Assembly (NCBI GenBank): GCA_027488815.1
Contig: JAIYAX010000019.1
Location: forward strand, 65,198-129,197
DNA length: 64,000 nucleotides
Source: Cytophagaceae bacterium
Lineage (GTDB): Bacteria > Bacteroidota > Bacteroidia > Cytophagales > JAIYAX01
Direction: 5' to 3'
Shown here: positions 20,029-29,931 of the stretch, piece after piece
How positions within the stretch are numbered: the stretch's first letter is position 1
How the letters are laid out: every line of letters starts with the position of its first letter
The notes under the pieces: generated by a model
What the model was told of the DNA's origin: nothing
Databases searched by the model: none
The model's input: the letters and a program-made list of their open reading frames with translations, nothing else
Program-made: the position numbers and the translations under genes

Positions 20029-20795
20029 AAAAATCGCACGAACTAGACTACAAAATCATAGGCAACGATATTCAACTCGTTGAAATTGAACTAGATCCTA
20101 GAGAAACAGTCATTGCCGAAGCCGGAGCTATGATGTACATGGAAGAAGGAATACAGTTTGAAACCAAAATGGGAGATGGTTCTGAACCGAATCAGGGGTT
20201 CATGTCAAAGTTACTTTCAGCAGGCTCGAGACTATTGACTGGTGAGTCTTTATTCATGACTCATTTTACTAACCATGGTTCGGGTAAAAAGAGGGTTTCT
20301 TTTGCAGCACCATACCCGGGCACCATTATTCCTGTAGATATGAGCTCCATCAATGGACAAACACTCATCGTTCAGAAGGATGCCTTTCTTTGCGCAGCTT
20401 TAGGAACGAAAATAGCGATCCACTTCAACCAGAAACTCGGTGCTGGGCTCGTGGGCGGGGAAGGATTTATTTTACAAAAACTCAGTGGAGATGGCTATGC
20501 TTTCATCCACGCAGGCGGAACCTTAATAGAGCGCACGCTTCAAAATGAAACCTTAAGGGTAGATACCGGCTGTGTGGTTGCATTTGAGCCGCAGATCAGT
20601 TTTGACATTCAGCGTTCCGGCAATCTTAAATCCATGGTTTTTGGGGGCGAAGGCTTGTTTTTAGCAACGCTACAAGGCACAGGCAGGGTATGGTTACAAT
20701 CCATGCCGATCCGTAAATTAGTTCAGGCTCTGGCACCCTATGGAGGTAATTCAAGAAAAGAATCGAGCTCCGTACTTGGCAACTTGTTTGAATAA
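20025..20795 (+). CDS. TIGR00266 / AIM24 (DUF124) family protein
   Basis: Pattern [60 protein letters not shown]. Confidence 0.75.
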   Translation: MKKSHELDYKIIGNDIQLVEIELDPRETVIAEAGAMMYMEEGIQFETKMGDGSEPNQGFMSKLLSAGSRLLTGESLFMTHFTNHGSGKKRVSFAAPYPGTIIPVDMSSINGQTLIVQKDAFLCAALGTKIAIHFNQKLGAGLVGGEGFILQKLSGDGYAFIHAGGTLIERTLQNETLRVDTGCVVAFEPQISFDIQRSGNLKSMVFGGEGLFLATLQGTGRVWLQSMPIRKLVQALAPYGGNSRKESSSVLGNLFE

Positions 20796-20801
20796 GCCTG
20801 C

Positions 20802-22016
20802 ATGTCAAAATTGAAAATCGGGCTGATCAGGGAAGGGAAAGTACCTCCGGACAGAAGGGTAGCTTTTTTACCTCATCAACTTAATGCCCTTTTGGATCAA
20901 TATCCTCAGCTCGAGGTCAAAGTGGAGCATTCTGATATTCGTTGTGTTTCTGATCAGGAATATATAGCTGAAGGCATACATGTAGGCAGGGATCTTTCAA
21001 GCGCTCAGGTGTTTTTTGGGATAAAAGAGGTGCCTTTAAGCCAGCTTCATGACGGGAAAACCTATTTCTTCTTTTCTCATACCATCAAAAAACAAGCCTA
21101 CAACAGAGGCCTCTTGCAGGAAATACTCAAGAAAAGAATAAGACTTATTGATTATGAATGCCTTACTGATCATCAAGGCAATCGACTTGTTGCATTTGGA
21201 AGGTTTGCCGGCATTGTTGGGGCATACAACGCCCTTTGGACCTGGGGTAAAAGAACCGGCTTATATGACTTACCTCGTGCTTATACCTGTAGAAACATGG
21301 CACAGCTTCATGAAGAGATCAAAAACTTGCCTTTAGGTTCTCTGAAATTTGCCATAACCGGAGGCGGACGGGTTTCCAATGGTGCCATTGAAATCATGGA
21401 AAAGGCCGGAATACAGCGTGTTAGCCCAAAAGAGCTCATTTCCGGCGTTTACAGTTATCCGGTCTATGCACAATTGCGCTCTTCCGATTATTACAAACCT
21501 TTGGATGCAGGACTAGATTTCAAAGCTTTTTATAAAAATCCTGAGGCTTTTGTCTCCAACTTTTCAGATTACTTTTCTTCTGTTGATGTTCTCATTCACT
21601 GTGCCTTTTGGGATCAAAGGGCTGACCGGCTTTTCAGTCAGGAAGAAATGGCTGATGATGATTTCCGAATCAAAGTGATTGCAGACATCAGCTGCGACAT
21701 TGATGGTTCTATCCCATCCACTACTCAGCCAAGTACGATAGCAGAGCCTGTCTATGATTATGATCCTTTGTCAAGAGAAATAGGAGAAGCCTTCAGTCAC
21801 GAAAGCCACATCAATGTGATGGCGATTGACAACCTGCCTACTGAATTGCCTTATGATGCCTCTGCTGAGTTTGGTGAAATGCTTAGTCGCTATGTTATAC
21901 CTGCACTCGTCATCGGTGACAAAGAAGATGTATTGAAAAAGGCGACCATCACGTTGGAAGGTGAACTTACAGAGCGTTACAAGTACCTCGAAGATTATAT
22001 TTCTGAAACTGCCTAG
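20802..22016 (+). CDS. AlaDH/PNT-fold oxidoreductase, saccharopine-dehydrogenase (lysine-forming)-like
   Basis: KIGLIREGKVPPDRRVA N-terminus and FAITGGGRVSNGA dinucleotide-binding loop, about 400 aa. Confidence 0.55.
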   Translation: MSKLKIGLIREGKVPPDRRVAFLPHQLNALLDQYPQLEVKVEHSDIRCVSDQEYIAEGIHVGRDLSSAQVFFGIKEVPLSQLHDGKTYFFFSHTIKKQAYNRGLLQEILKKRIRLIDYECLTDHQGNRLVAFGRFAGIVGAYNALWTWGKRTGLYDLPRAYTCRNMAQLHEEIKNLPLGSLKFAITGGGRVSNGAIEIMEKAGIQRVSPKELISGVYSYPVYAQLRSSDYYKPLDAGLDFKAFYKNPEAFVSNFSDYFSSVDVLIHCAFWDQRADRLFSQEEMADDDFRIKVIADISCDIDGSIPSTTQPSTIAEPVYDYDPLSREIGEAFSHESHINVMAIDNLPTELPYDASAEFGEMLSRYVIPALVIGDKEDVLKKATITLEGELTERYKYLEDYISETA

Positions 22017-22107
22017 GGTGATAAGGCCCTTCTTGAAGCAATGAGAACTAATAATCAGGCATTTTTAATACCAAAAATGGATATTACCTAAGCATTGGAA
22101 TAAGTAT

Positions 22108-22137
22108 TTTGATATTAGGGTCATGGGGCTAACTTTG
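22108..22137 (+). promoter_or_regulatory. Candidate Bacteroidota promoter for sucA (-33 TTTG, -7 TAACTTTG)
   Basis: TTTG at 22108-22111, 18-nt spacer, TAACTTTG at 22130-22137, 26 nt before the ATG at 22163. Confidence 0.55.
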
Positions 22138-22162
22138 TAAGTAATAAAACCAACATCCTTTC

Positions 22163-24892
22163 ATGGATAAGTATTCCTATATCTCCAATGCTCACGGTAA
22201 CTATATCGATGAGCTTTATAAAAATTACCAGGAGAACCCAGAATCCGTTGATTACACCTGGAGAAAATTTTTTGAAGGTTTTGAATTTGGTCAATATTCC
22301 GGCAACGGCAGCCAAAGCAGTCAGGCTAAAGGCCCATCAGCAGAACTGGATAAAGAAATCAAAGTAAGAAATCTCATCCATGCCTATCGTACCAGGGCTC
22401 ATTTAAAATCAAAAACAAACCCCGTAAGAGAACGGATCGACCGTAAGGCGCTTCTGGATTTAAAGGATTTTGGACTGAGCGAAGCTGACCTTGAGCAGAC
22501 CTTTCAAGCCGGAAATGAAATAGGAATCGGCCCGGCTACCTTGAGCAAAATCATCAGTTCATTAAAGTACATTTATGAAGGTACCGTAGGGTTTGAGTAC
22601 ATGTACATGAGAGAGCCTGACATTCAGGTTTGGTTCAGAACTAAAGTTGAAAAAGAAGCCCTTGCCTTTAACCCAAGTGTTGAAGAGAAAAAACGAATAC
22701 TTTCAAAGCTCAACGAAGCCGTTGTTTTCGAAAACTTCCTGCATACCAAGTACATTGGCCAAAAGCGCTTTTCACTTGAAGGAGGCGAAACCACCATTCC
22801 AGCTCTCGATGCAATCATCTCTCATGGAGCTGATATGGGTATCAAAGAGGCTGTAATAGGAATGGCCCACAGAGGGCGTCTGAATGTGCTTTGCAATACC
22901 ATGGGGAAAACCTACGAACAGATCTTTAATGAGTTCGAAGGCAATGTAGACATAAGTAATACCATGGGAGATGGAGATGTGAAATACCATATGGGCTACT
23001 CCTCCATCTTTACTTCTCCTGCCGGTAATGAAGTGAACATCAAATTGGCACCCAACCCCTCACATTTGGAAGCTGTTGACCCAGTAGTTGAAGGGTTTGT
23101 AAGGGCGAAGGGAGACAGCATGTATCATTCGGACTTTAATAAGGTTCTTCCAATCCTGATCCATGGAGATGCGGCTGTTGCAGGACAGGGAATAGTTTAT
23201 GAAGTAACTCAGATGGCAAAACTCAAGGGTTATTTTACCGGTGGTACCATCCATTTTGTCATCAACAATCAGGTAGGTTTTACAACTGATTTTGAAGATG
23301 CCCGCTCAAGCATTTATTGCACCGACGTAGCAAAAATCATTGATGCACCGGTACTACATGTCAATGGAGATGATCCGGAAGCTGTTGTATTCTGCTGCAA
23401 GCTTGCAGTTGAGTTCAGGCAAATGTTTCAAAGAGATATTTTCATTGATATGGTGTGCTACCGTCGCCATGGACACAATGAAAGCGATGAGCCCAAGTTT
23501 ACTCAGCCAAAACTTTACGCTGCCATTGCCAATCACCCAAATCCAAGAGAGATTTATATCAAAAAACTGAGCGAAAAGGGTGATATCGATGCTGACCTGG
23601 CGAAAACGATGGACAAGCAGTTCCGTGATTTGCTCCAGGACAGGTTAAACATGGTGAAGCAAAAGGCCATACCCTATACCTATCAAAAACTGGAGCAGGA
23701 ATGGAAAGAACTTCGTCGCTCAACGCCTGAAGATTTTGATAAATCGCCGGAAACCGGGGTGTCTACAAAAACCATTGAGAAAATTGGAAAAGCACTCACT
23801 ACTATTCCTAAAGGTTTCCAACCCATCAAGCAAATTGAAAAGCTGATCACCGAGAGAGAAGACATGTTTTTCAAGTCAAAATCCCTCAACTGGGCAGCAG
23901 CAGAGTTAGCCGCTTATGGCTCAGTACTGATGGACAATAAGATTGTGAGACTTAGTGGTCAGGATGTACAAAGAGGAACTTTTAGCCACAGGCATGCGGT
24001 GCTCAATGATGCAAACAGCAACGAGCCTTACAATAGCCTCAATTTCATTGACCCTAAGCAGGAAAAACTTCATATCTACAATTCCTTGCTTTCTGAATAT
24101 GGCGTGCTGGGCTTTGAGTTTGGCTATGCCATGGCCAACCCAAATGCATTGGTAATTTGGGAAGCGCAATTCGGAGACTTCGCAAACGGATCACAAACCA
24201 TGATCGATCAGTTTATTTCCTGCTCAGAAACCAAGTGGCAGAGGATGAACGGCTTGGTTCTTTTACTCCCACATGGTTACGAAGGTCAGGGACCTGAGCA
24301 TTCCAATGCAAGACCTGAACGCTTTCTGCAATTATGCGCTGACTACAACATGAGCGTGGTGAATATCACTACTCCGGCAAACTTCTTCCATGTACTTCGC
24401 CGGCAGCTTACCTGGCCTTTCCGTAAACCTTTGGTAGTGATGTCTCCCAAATCGATGCTTCGACATCCTTTATGTATGTCTCCAATGGCCGATTTCACCA
24501 AGGGCCGATTTGAAGAACTGCTTTTAGATGAAAAAGTAAGCTCTAAAAACGCCAAAAAGTTGGTGCTTTGTTCAGGGAAAGTTTATTATGACCTGATCGA
24601 ACAAAGAGAGCAAAGGAAAGCCAATGATGTAGCTATTGTTCGGCTTGAGCAACTTCATCCTTTCCCTCAAAAAGCGATGGACTCTCTTTTAAACTCGCAC
24701 AGCAAGGCAAAGTTGATTTGGGCGCAGGAAGAGCCGGAAAACATGGGCTATTGGTCTTACATGTTAAGATACCTACGAAATACAAAAATCGAAGTGGCTG
24801 CACGAAAGGCAAGCGCTTCTCCTGCCACAGGTTACTCCAAGGTACACGCCTTTGAAAGCACACAGTTATTTGACAAAGTTTTTAACAGCTAA
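22163..24892 (+). CDS. sucA: 2-oxoglutarate dehydrogenase E1 component
   Basis: 909 aa. [28 protein letters not shown] and [11 protein letters not shown] are hallmark SucA blocks. Confidence 0.97.
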   Translation: MDKYSYISNAHGNYIDELYKNYQENPESVDYTWRKFFEGFEFGQYSGNGSQSSQAKGPSAELDKEIKVRNLIHAYRTRAHLKSKTNPVRERIDRKALLDLKDFGLSEADLEQTFQAGNEIGIGPATLSKIISSLKYIYEGTVGFEYMYMREPDIQVWFRTKVEKEALAFNPSVEEKKRILSKLNEAVVFENFLHTKYIGQKRFSLEGGETTIPALDAIISHGADMGIKEAVIGMAHRGRLNVLCNTMGKTYEQIFNEFEGNVDISNTMGDGDVKYHMGYSSIFTSPAGNEVNIKLAPNPSHLEAVDPVVEGFVRAKGDSMYHSDFNKVLPILIHGDAAVAGQGIVYEVTQMAKLKGYFTGGTIHFVINNQVGFTTDFEDARSSIYCTDVAKIIDAPVLHVNGDDPEAVVFCCKLAVEFRQMFQRDIFIDMVCYRRHGHNESDEPKFTQPKLYAAIANHPNPREIYIKKLSEKGDIDADLAKTMDKQFRDLLQDRLNMVKQKAIPYTYQKLEQEWKELRRSTPEDFDKSPETGVSTKTIEKIGKALTTIPKGFQPIKQIEKLITEREDMFFKSKSLNWAAAELAAYGSVLMDNKIVRLSGQDVQRGTFSHRHAVLNDANSNEPYNSLNFIDPKQEKLHIYNSLLSEYGVLGFEFGYAMANPNALVIWEAQFGDFANGSQTMIDQFISCSETKWQRMNGLVLLLPHGYEGQGPEHSNARPERFLQLCADYNMSVVNITTPANFFHVLRRQLTWPFRKPLVVMSPKSMLRHPLCMSPMADFTKGRFEELLLDEKVSSKNAKKLVLCSGKVYYDLIEQREQRKANDVAIVRLEQLHPFPQKAMDSLLNSHSKAKLIWAQEEPENMGYWSYMLRYLRNTKIEVAARKASASPATGYSKVHAFESTQLFDKVFNS

Positions 24893-24912
24893 TACTCCCC
24901 CCACTAGATTGT

Positions 24913-26430
24913 ATGGCCTTAGAAGTAAAAGTGCCCGTTGTTGGTGAGTCAATCACCGAAGTTACCATTGCAAAATGGCTTAAAAAAGAAGGCGAACAGG
25001 TGCAAATGGATGAAGTCCTTTGTGAGCTGGAATCGGACAAAGCAACCTTTGAACTTAATGCAGAAACAGCCGGCGTGCTGCACATTGTAGCAAAAGAAGG
25101 AAGCACCGTGGCCATAGGGGCAGTCATCTGTTCACTTGATCAAAACGGTTCCACAACAGGAGCAACAAAGTCTCAGCCCGTTGAAAACGAGGCACCTGCT
25201 AAAGCTGCTGCATCCACTCCTACAGGAAAAACCATTGAGCTTAGGGTACCTACAGTCGGGGAGTCAATTTCAGAAGTGACCATAGGCAACTGGGCTAAAA
25301 AAGAAGGAGACTTTGTCAAACAGGATGAATTATTGTGTGAAATAGAGTCCGACAAGGCAACATTTGAATTTACGGCTGAGGCAAGTGGCGTTTTACATAT
25401 TGTCGCTAAAACAGGTACTGTTCTTGAGATCGGTGGCTTGATTTGTAAAATTGAGGTAAGCGATCAAAAACCGGCTTCTTCCCCTACATCTGTGCCAGAT
25501 AAAGCTCCAATTGCTCAGGCTGCCGCCTCTGAAAAATCCTATGCAGAAGGGCATCCATCGCCTGCTGCTGGTAAGATACTTGCAGATAAAGGCATCAGCC
25601 CCCAGCAAGTACAAGGAACAGGGGTGTCGGGAAGGATTACCAAAGAAGACGCTGTTAAGGCACAAAAAACAAGTGCAGCAGCGGCAAGTACTTCGCCTGT
25701 TTCTCAGGCACCTGCAGCTGCATCAGGGGACCGAAATCAACGCAGGGAGCGCATGTCTCAATTGCGTAAAACTGTGGCCCGCAGGTTGGTGTCCGTAAAG
25801 AACGAAACGGCCATGTTGACCACCTTTAACGAGGCTGACATGAAGCCCATCATGGATATTCGAAAGAAATACAAAGACCAGTTCAAAGAGAAATACGAAG
25901 TTGGTCTTGGATTCATGTCCTTTTTCACCAAAGCTGTTTGCATCGCACTTCAGGAATGGCCTGCAGTCAATGCAATGATTGATGGTGATGAAATAGTGTA
26001 TAATGACTTCTGTGACATTTCAATTGCTGTTTCTGCTCCCAGAGGCCTGGTGGTTCCGGTAGTCCGAAATGCTGAGAGCATGAGTTTCGATGAAATCGAG
26101 AAAGAAATTTTGAGACTTGCAGGTAAGGCGAGGGACAACAAGCTAAGCATTGAGGAAATGACCGGTGGAACCTTTACCATTACCAATGGTGGCGTGTTTG
26201 GTTCTATGATGTCAACTCCCATCATCAATGCCCCTCAATCCGCCATTTTGGGAATGCACAATATTGTAGAGCGCCCGGTTGCCATCAATGGTCAGGTTGA
26301 AATTAGGCCAATGATGTACCTGGCCCTCAGCTACGACCATAGGATTATTGACGGAAGGGAAAGTGTAAGTTTCCTTGTGCGGGTGAAACAGCTTCTCGAG
26401 GATCCTACCCGACTTTTGCTAGGCGTATAA
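24913..26430 (+). CDS. sucB: Dihydrolipoyllysine-residue succinyltransferase (E2) with two tandem lipoyl domains
   Basis: Two ESDKATFE lipoyl-lysine motifs (aa about 2-75 and 108-181) and the catalytic [11 protein letters not shown]. Confidence 0.95.
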   Translation: MALEVKVPVVGESITEVTIAKWLKKEGEQVQMDEVLCELESDKATFELNAETAGVLHIVAKEGSTVAIGAVICSLDQNGSTTGATKSQPVENEAPAKAAASTPTGKTIELRVPTVGESISEVTIGNWAKKEGDFVKQDELLCEIESDKATFEFTAEASGVLHIVAKTGTVLEIGGLICKIEVSDQKPASSPTSVPDKAPIAQAAASEKSYAEGHPSPAAGKILADKGISPQQVQGTGVSGRITKEDAVKAQKTSAAAASTSPVSQAPAAASGDRNQRRERMSQLRKTVARRLVSVKNETAMLTTFNEADMKPIMDIRKKYKDQFKEKYEVGLGFMSFFTKAVCIALQEWPAVNAMIDGDEIVYNDFCDISIAVSAPRGLVVPVVRNAESMSFDEIEKEILRLAGKARDNKLSIEEMTGGTFTITNGGVFGSMMSTPIINAPQSAILGMHNIVERPVAINGQVEIRPMMYLALSYDHRIIDGRESVSFLVRVKQLLEDPTRLLLGV

Positions 26431-26535
26431 CTGTTTTTCATTCTCAGAAAGCATCAAGCCCTTGCTGTTGAAGAAGTAAAAAGCATAATGAAATTTTCAC
26501 ATCATTAACATCATCAACTCTTTTACACTTTAATT

Positions 26536-27936
26536 ATGGACTATCAGGTCATTGTGATCGGTTCCGGGCCGGGAGGCTATGTTGCAGCCATTCGTTGTGC
26601 GCAGCTGGGTATGAAAACAGCCATAGTAGAACGCTACCCGACTTTAGGTGGCACCTGCCTCAATGTTGGATGCATTCCTTCAAAAGCCTTGTTAGACTCT
26701 TCCGAGCATTATCATAATGCAGCCCATACCTTCACAGAGCATGGCATTGACCTCAAAGGCCTTAAGGTTAATCTTACACAGATGATCAGCCGTAAATCAA
26801 AAGTGGTCAAAGAAAATGTGGAAGGGATCAAGTATCTGATGAAAAAGAACAAAATCGATGTGCACCATGGTCACGGCAGTTTTGTTGATGAGCATACCAT
26901 ACAAGTAAAGGTTGAGGATGGCAGTTCAAAAAATATCAGCGCTCAGAACATCATTATTGCGACGGGTAGTAAGCCAGCTTCTCTTCCATTTATCACCCTT
27001 GATAAAAAAAGAGTAATCACCTCTACTGAAGCACTTGAACTAAAAGAGGTTCCCAAACACATGATCATCATTGGTGGCGGGGTAATTGGGATGGAATTAG
27101 GATCCGTTTATGGCAGGCTTGGTGCTAAAATTTCTGTGGTAGAGTTTATGGATGGTATCATCCCCTCGATGGACAAAACCATGGGAAAGGAGTTGCAGAA
27201 GTCTTTGGCGAAACTAGGATTTGAGTTCTATCTCAAACACAAGGTCACAGAGGTGAAGGCCAAGGGGCAAGAGGTGAAAGTAGTGGCTGAAAATGCAGAA
27301 GGCCAGAAAATTGAACTCACAGGTGATTATGTTCTGGTCTCTATCGGAAGAAGACCTTATACAGATGCCTTAGGTCTTGAAAAAGCCGGACTCAAAACCG
27401 ATGAAAGAGGTCGAATTACGGTAAATGAAGGCCTACAGACAGAGAAGAAGCACATCTATGCCATTGGAGATGTGATCAAAGGGGCTATGTTGGCACATAA
27501 GGCAGAAGAAGAAGGTGTGTTTGTAGCAGAATCCATTGCCGGCCAGCATCCACATATCAATTACTTGCTGATTCCGGGCGTGGTATATACCTGGCCTGAG
27601 GTTGCATCTGTTGGGTATACTGAAGAAGAACTCAAAACACAGGGCAGAGCCTACAAAGTTGGATCGTTTCCTTTCAAAGCAAGTGGCAGAGCAAGAGCAA
27701 GCATGGATACTGATGGTTTGGTAAAGGTATTAGCTGACAAAAATTCTGACGAGCTTTTAGGTGTTCACATGATCGGACCCCGTACAGCCGATATGATTGC
27801 AGAGGCTGTAGTAGCCATGGAGTTCCGTGCCTCAGCAGAGGACATAGCCAGAATGAGCCATGCGCATCCGACATACACGGAAGTATTCAAAGAAGCATGC
27901 CTGGCTGCAACTGAAAACAGGGCATTGCACATTTGA
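26536..27936 (+). CDS. lpdA: Dihydrolipoyl dehydrogenase (E3)
   Basis: GSGPGGY, GGTCLNVGCIPSK redox disulfide, HAHPTYTE. Confidence 0.97.
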   Translation: MDYQVIVIGSGPGGYVAAIRCAQLGMKTAIVERYPTLGGTCLNVGCIPSKALLDSSEHYHNAAHTFTEHGIDLKGLKVNLTQMISRKSKVVKENVEGIKYLMKKNKIDVHHGHGSFVDEHTIQVKVEDGSSKNISAQNIIIATGSKPASLPFITLDKKRVITSTEALELKEVPKHMIIIGGGVIGMELGSVYGRLGAKISVVEFMDGIIPSMDKTMGKELQKSLAKLGFEFYLKHKVTEVKAKGQEVKVVAENAEGQKIELTGDYVLVSIGRRPYTDALGLEKAGLKTDERGRITVNEGLQTEKKHIYAIGDVIKGAMLAHKAEEEGVFVAESIAGQHPHINYLLIPGVVYTWPEVASVGYTEEELKTQGRAYKVGSFPFKASGRARASMDTDGLVKVLADKNSDELLGVHMIGPRTADMIAEAVVAMEFRASAEDIARMSHAHPTYTEVFKEACLAATENRALHI

Positions 27937-27950
27937 TTGAGTTTGTGATC

Positions 27951-27982
27951 AAAAAAAAGGTGGACCGAAATCCACCTTTTTT
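27951..27982. terminator. Bidirectional rho-independent terminator between convergent lpd and the lipoprotein gene
   Basis: A8 run, stem GGTGGA/TCCACC with loop CCGAAA, then a T6 run. Confidence 0.85.
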
Positions 27983-28005
27983 GTTTCAATTGCTTGAAGA
28001 TTTAA

Positions 28006-28905
28006 TTATTGAGGGTTTGGGCCTCCACCATTATCTTCTTCAACTATAAGCTCACCACACTCAAGGTTTGCTGAAAGAGAGGTCTCTTCTCCATTTTCGA
28101 AATCGGTGTCCTCATCAAACTTTACTACAGAAAGGTCGAGTATATCAATTTGACCATTTGATGCACTGATTTGGCCGCCATCGAGCGATACGAAGAAAGA
28201 AAAAACTGGCTCTTCTTCTGTTGAGTTTTCGAGATCGAAGATAAAGGCAAATACGAATGCTTCATTACCTGCTATTTCTCCATCTTCATCAAACGCTATC
28301 ACATTGTAGTTTCCATCCGGATTCTCACTAGTGATGACAACAGAAATACCTCCTTGAAAAACAATCGATTCGCCATCTTCACCTGACAATAAAGCCTGAA
28401 GAATATCGCCTTCGAATGCCAGACCAATGAGAACCGTTGCATCTTCTGGACCGCCCACAACACCTTCAAATGGGTTGAATGCTGATCCAGAACAGAAAAC
28501 GATATCAAGCTCATAAGTCTCCCCGTCAATAGTGAAGGATCCTCCACCTAAACCTACGCTTCCTACAGAAGCGGTGAAGCCTTGATTAGGTCCGCTAAAA
28601 GATGCACCTTCGCTCGGGCGGGCAAAATTACCTCCCTCTGATGGGCCTCCGAAGTTGTTTCCTTCTGAAGGTGTGCCATTAACTGTACCTCCTGAAGGCT
28701 GAGAGAAGTTGCCACCATTTGAAGGCTTCACCACCTTGAACTTTGAGAAAGTTCGCATGATCTCTCCTTGAGTCAGCTTTTTTCTTGGGCCAAAGCCGTC
28801 TTGCTCCGACTGATTACAGGCTGCCACAAAGAGGACCAAAAACAGCAATACTCCACTAGGGAGTATTGCTATTTTTAGATTCTTAAGTTGATCTAAAATT
28901 TTCAT
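28006..28905 (-). CDS. Hypothetical lipoprotein with degenerate PSEG-NF nonapeptide repeats and a strongly acidic C-terminal domain
   Basis: Lipobox FVAAC. Repeats NFSQPSGG / NFGGPSEGG / NFARPSEGA (nt about 28585-28725). C-terminal half is rich in D/E. No family recognised. Confidence 0.6.
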   Translation of the reverse strand: MKILDQLKNLKIAILPSGVLLFLVLFVAACNQSEQDGFGPRKKLTQGEIMRTFSKFKVVKPSNGGNFSQPSGGTVNGTPSEGNNFGGPSEGGNFARPSEGASFSGPNQGFTASVGSVGLGGGSFTIDGETYELDIVFCSGSAFNPFEGVVGGPEDATVLIGLAFEGDILQALLSGEDGESIVFQGGISVVITSENPDGNYNVIAFDEDGEIAGNEAFVFAFIFDLENSTEEEPVFSFFVSLDGGQISASNGQIDILDLSVVKFDEDTDFENGEETSLSANLECGELIVEEDNGGGPNPQ

Positions 28906-28918
28906 GAGATTTTAGGGA

Positions 28919-29650
28919 TTAAAATACCCAGCCTAACCTGAAAGCACCTACGAAGTTGGTACCGATTGTAGTGGTTCCGCCTCTCTCAACTTCTGGAGTT
29001 GATGGGGGAGCTGGGGTAAAACCTTCTCTTTCAACCGAAATGTTGGCTAGATTTTGTCTTTGAAAACCCCAACCGATTTCTGTACCAAGATATAGATTCT
29101 TAAAAATGTAGAAATCAGCTCCTGCTACAAGGTTTAAGCCAATTCTTGTGTAACCATCTTCACCTCTTCCATTTCTTCCTTTGGTAGTTACTGTCGCAAC
29201 TGAACTAGAAGTTGGGGAAGCAAGTTGCTCATCAATAGATGTTGTAGATTGAATTGCAAAATCAATTTCAGCTCCCAAATATGGAGAAATGCGGTCCGTT
29301 CCTTCAAAATGCTTCTCAATACCCGGCTTGATATTGAAGTTGAAGAGTCTCTCCTTATCTGTCAAAGTAATTTGGGCAGGAGGTGTGGATGTTGAATTAG
29401 GATCATTCACTGTCTCTACATCAGATGTGTTATTTGCAAAAATTCCAAATTGAACTCTTACCGCCATGTTATCTGACAAGAAATAACGAGCACGGATATT
29501 GTCGATGGCAAAAGGACGACCTGCTGCAAAAGGGCTTGAAGCCTGAACTTCAATGGTCTTGCTTCCAGATACCGCCTTCATTCCATCCTGAGCGATTGAT
29601 GCAGTAGCAGCTGCTAGCATAACTGCAATAGAAAGAAAAATTTTTTTCAT
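28919..29650 (-). CDS. Outer-membrane beta-barrel protein (porin-family/OmpA-N-like)
   Basis: Signal peptide MKKIFLSIAVMLAAATASIAQ, alternating hydrophobic strands, C-terminal aromatic terminus GWVF. Confidence 0.7.
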   Translation of the reverse strand: MKKIFLSIAVMLAAATASIAQDGMKAVSGSKTIEVQASSPFAAGRPFAIDNIRARYFLSDNMAVRVQFGIFANNTSDVETVNDPNSTSTPPAQITLTDKERLFNFNIKPGIEKHFEGTDRISPYLGAEIDFAIQSTTSIDEQLASPTSSSVATVTTKGRNGRGEDGYTRIGLNLVAGADFYIFKNLYLGTEIGWGFQRQNLANISVEREGFTPAPPSTPEVERGGTTTIGTNFVGAFRLGWVF

Positions 29651-29931
29651 CGTTGTGATAGTTAGTTTAAAGGTTGTTAAAAAAGATAACGCTGCTAGTT
29701 ATAGACTTTTTAAATACCATGCAATACGAAATTTGCCTTACCCTGCCTAATTTAGGCTGTTTCATGACTTTTGTCAAAGTCTGGACAGAATAAACTTCTG
29801 TATGTGGATAATCAAAATGATGGCAAACATTTCATAATGCATTGATTAACTGAACTATATCAAATACAAATGATTTTTAGCTTATCAATTCCCTGAGTCA
29901 ACCTGCTTTTTATCCCATTTTTAAGGAATTG

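Noticed and set aside
29803-29811. A perfect DnaA-box 9-mer (TGTGGATAA, the complement of TTATCCACA) inside the 281-bp AT-rich gap between uvrB and the OMP gene. I considered it as a possible replication origin.
   Set aside because: Only one consensus box is present. Nearby look-alikes have three or more mismatches. There is no dnaA or dnaN nearby and no obvious strand-bias switch. A single 9-mer match in 64 kb on two strands is not improbable by chance.
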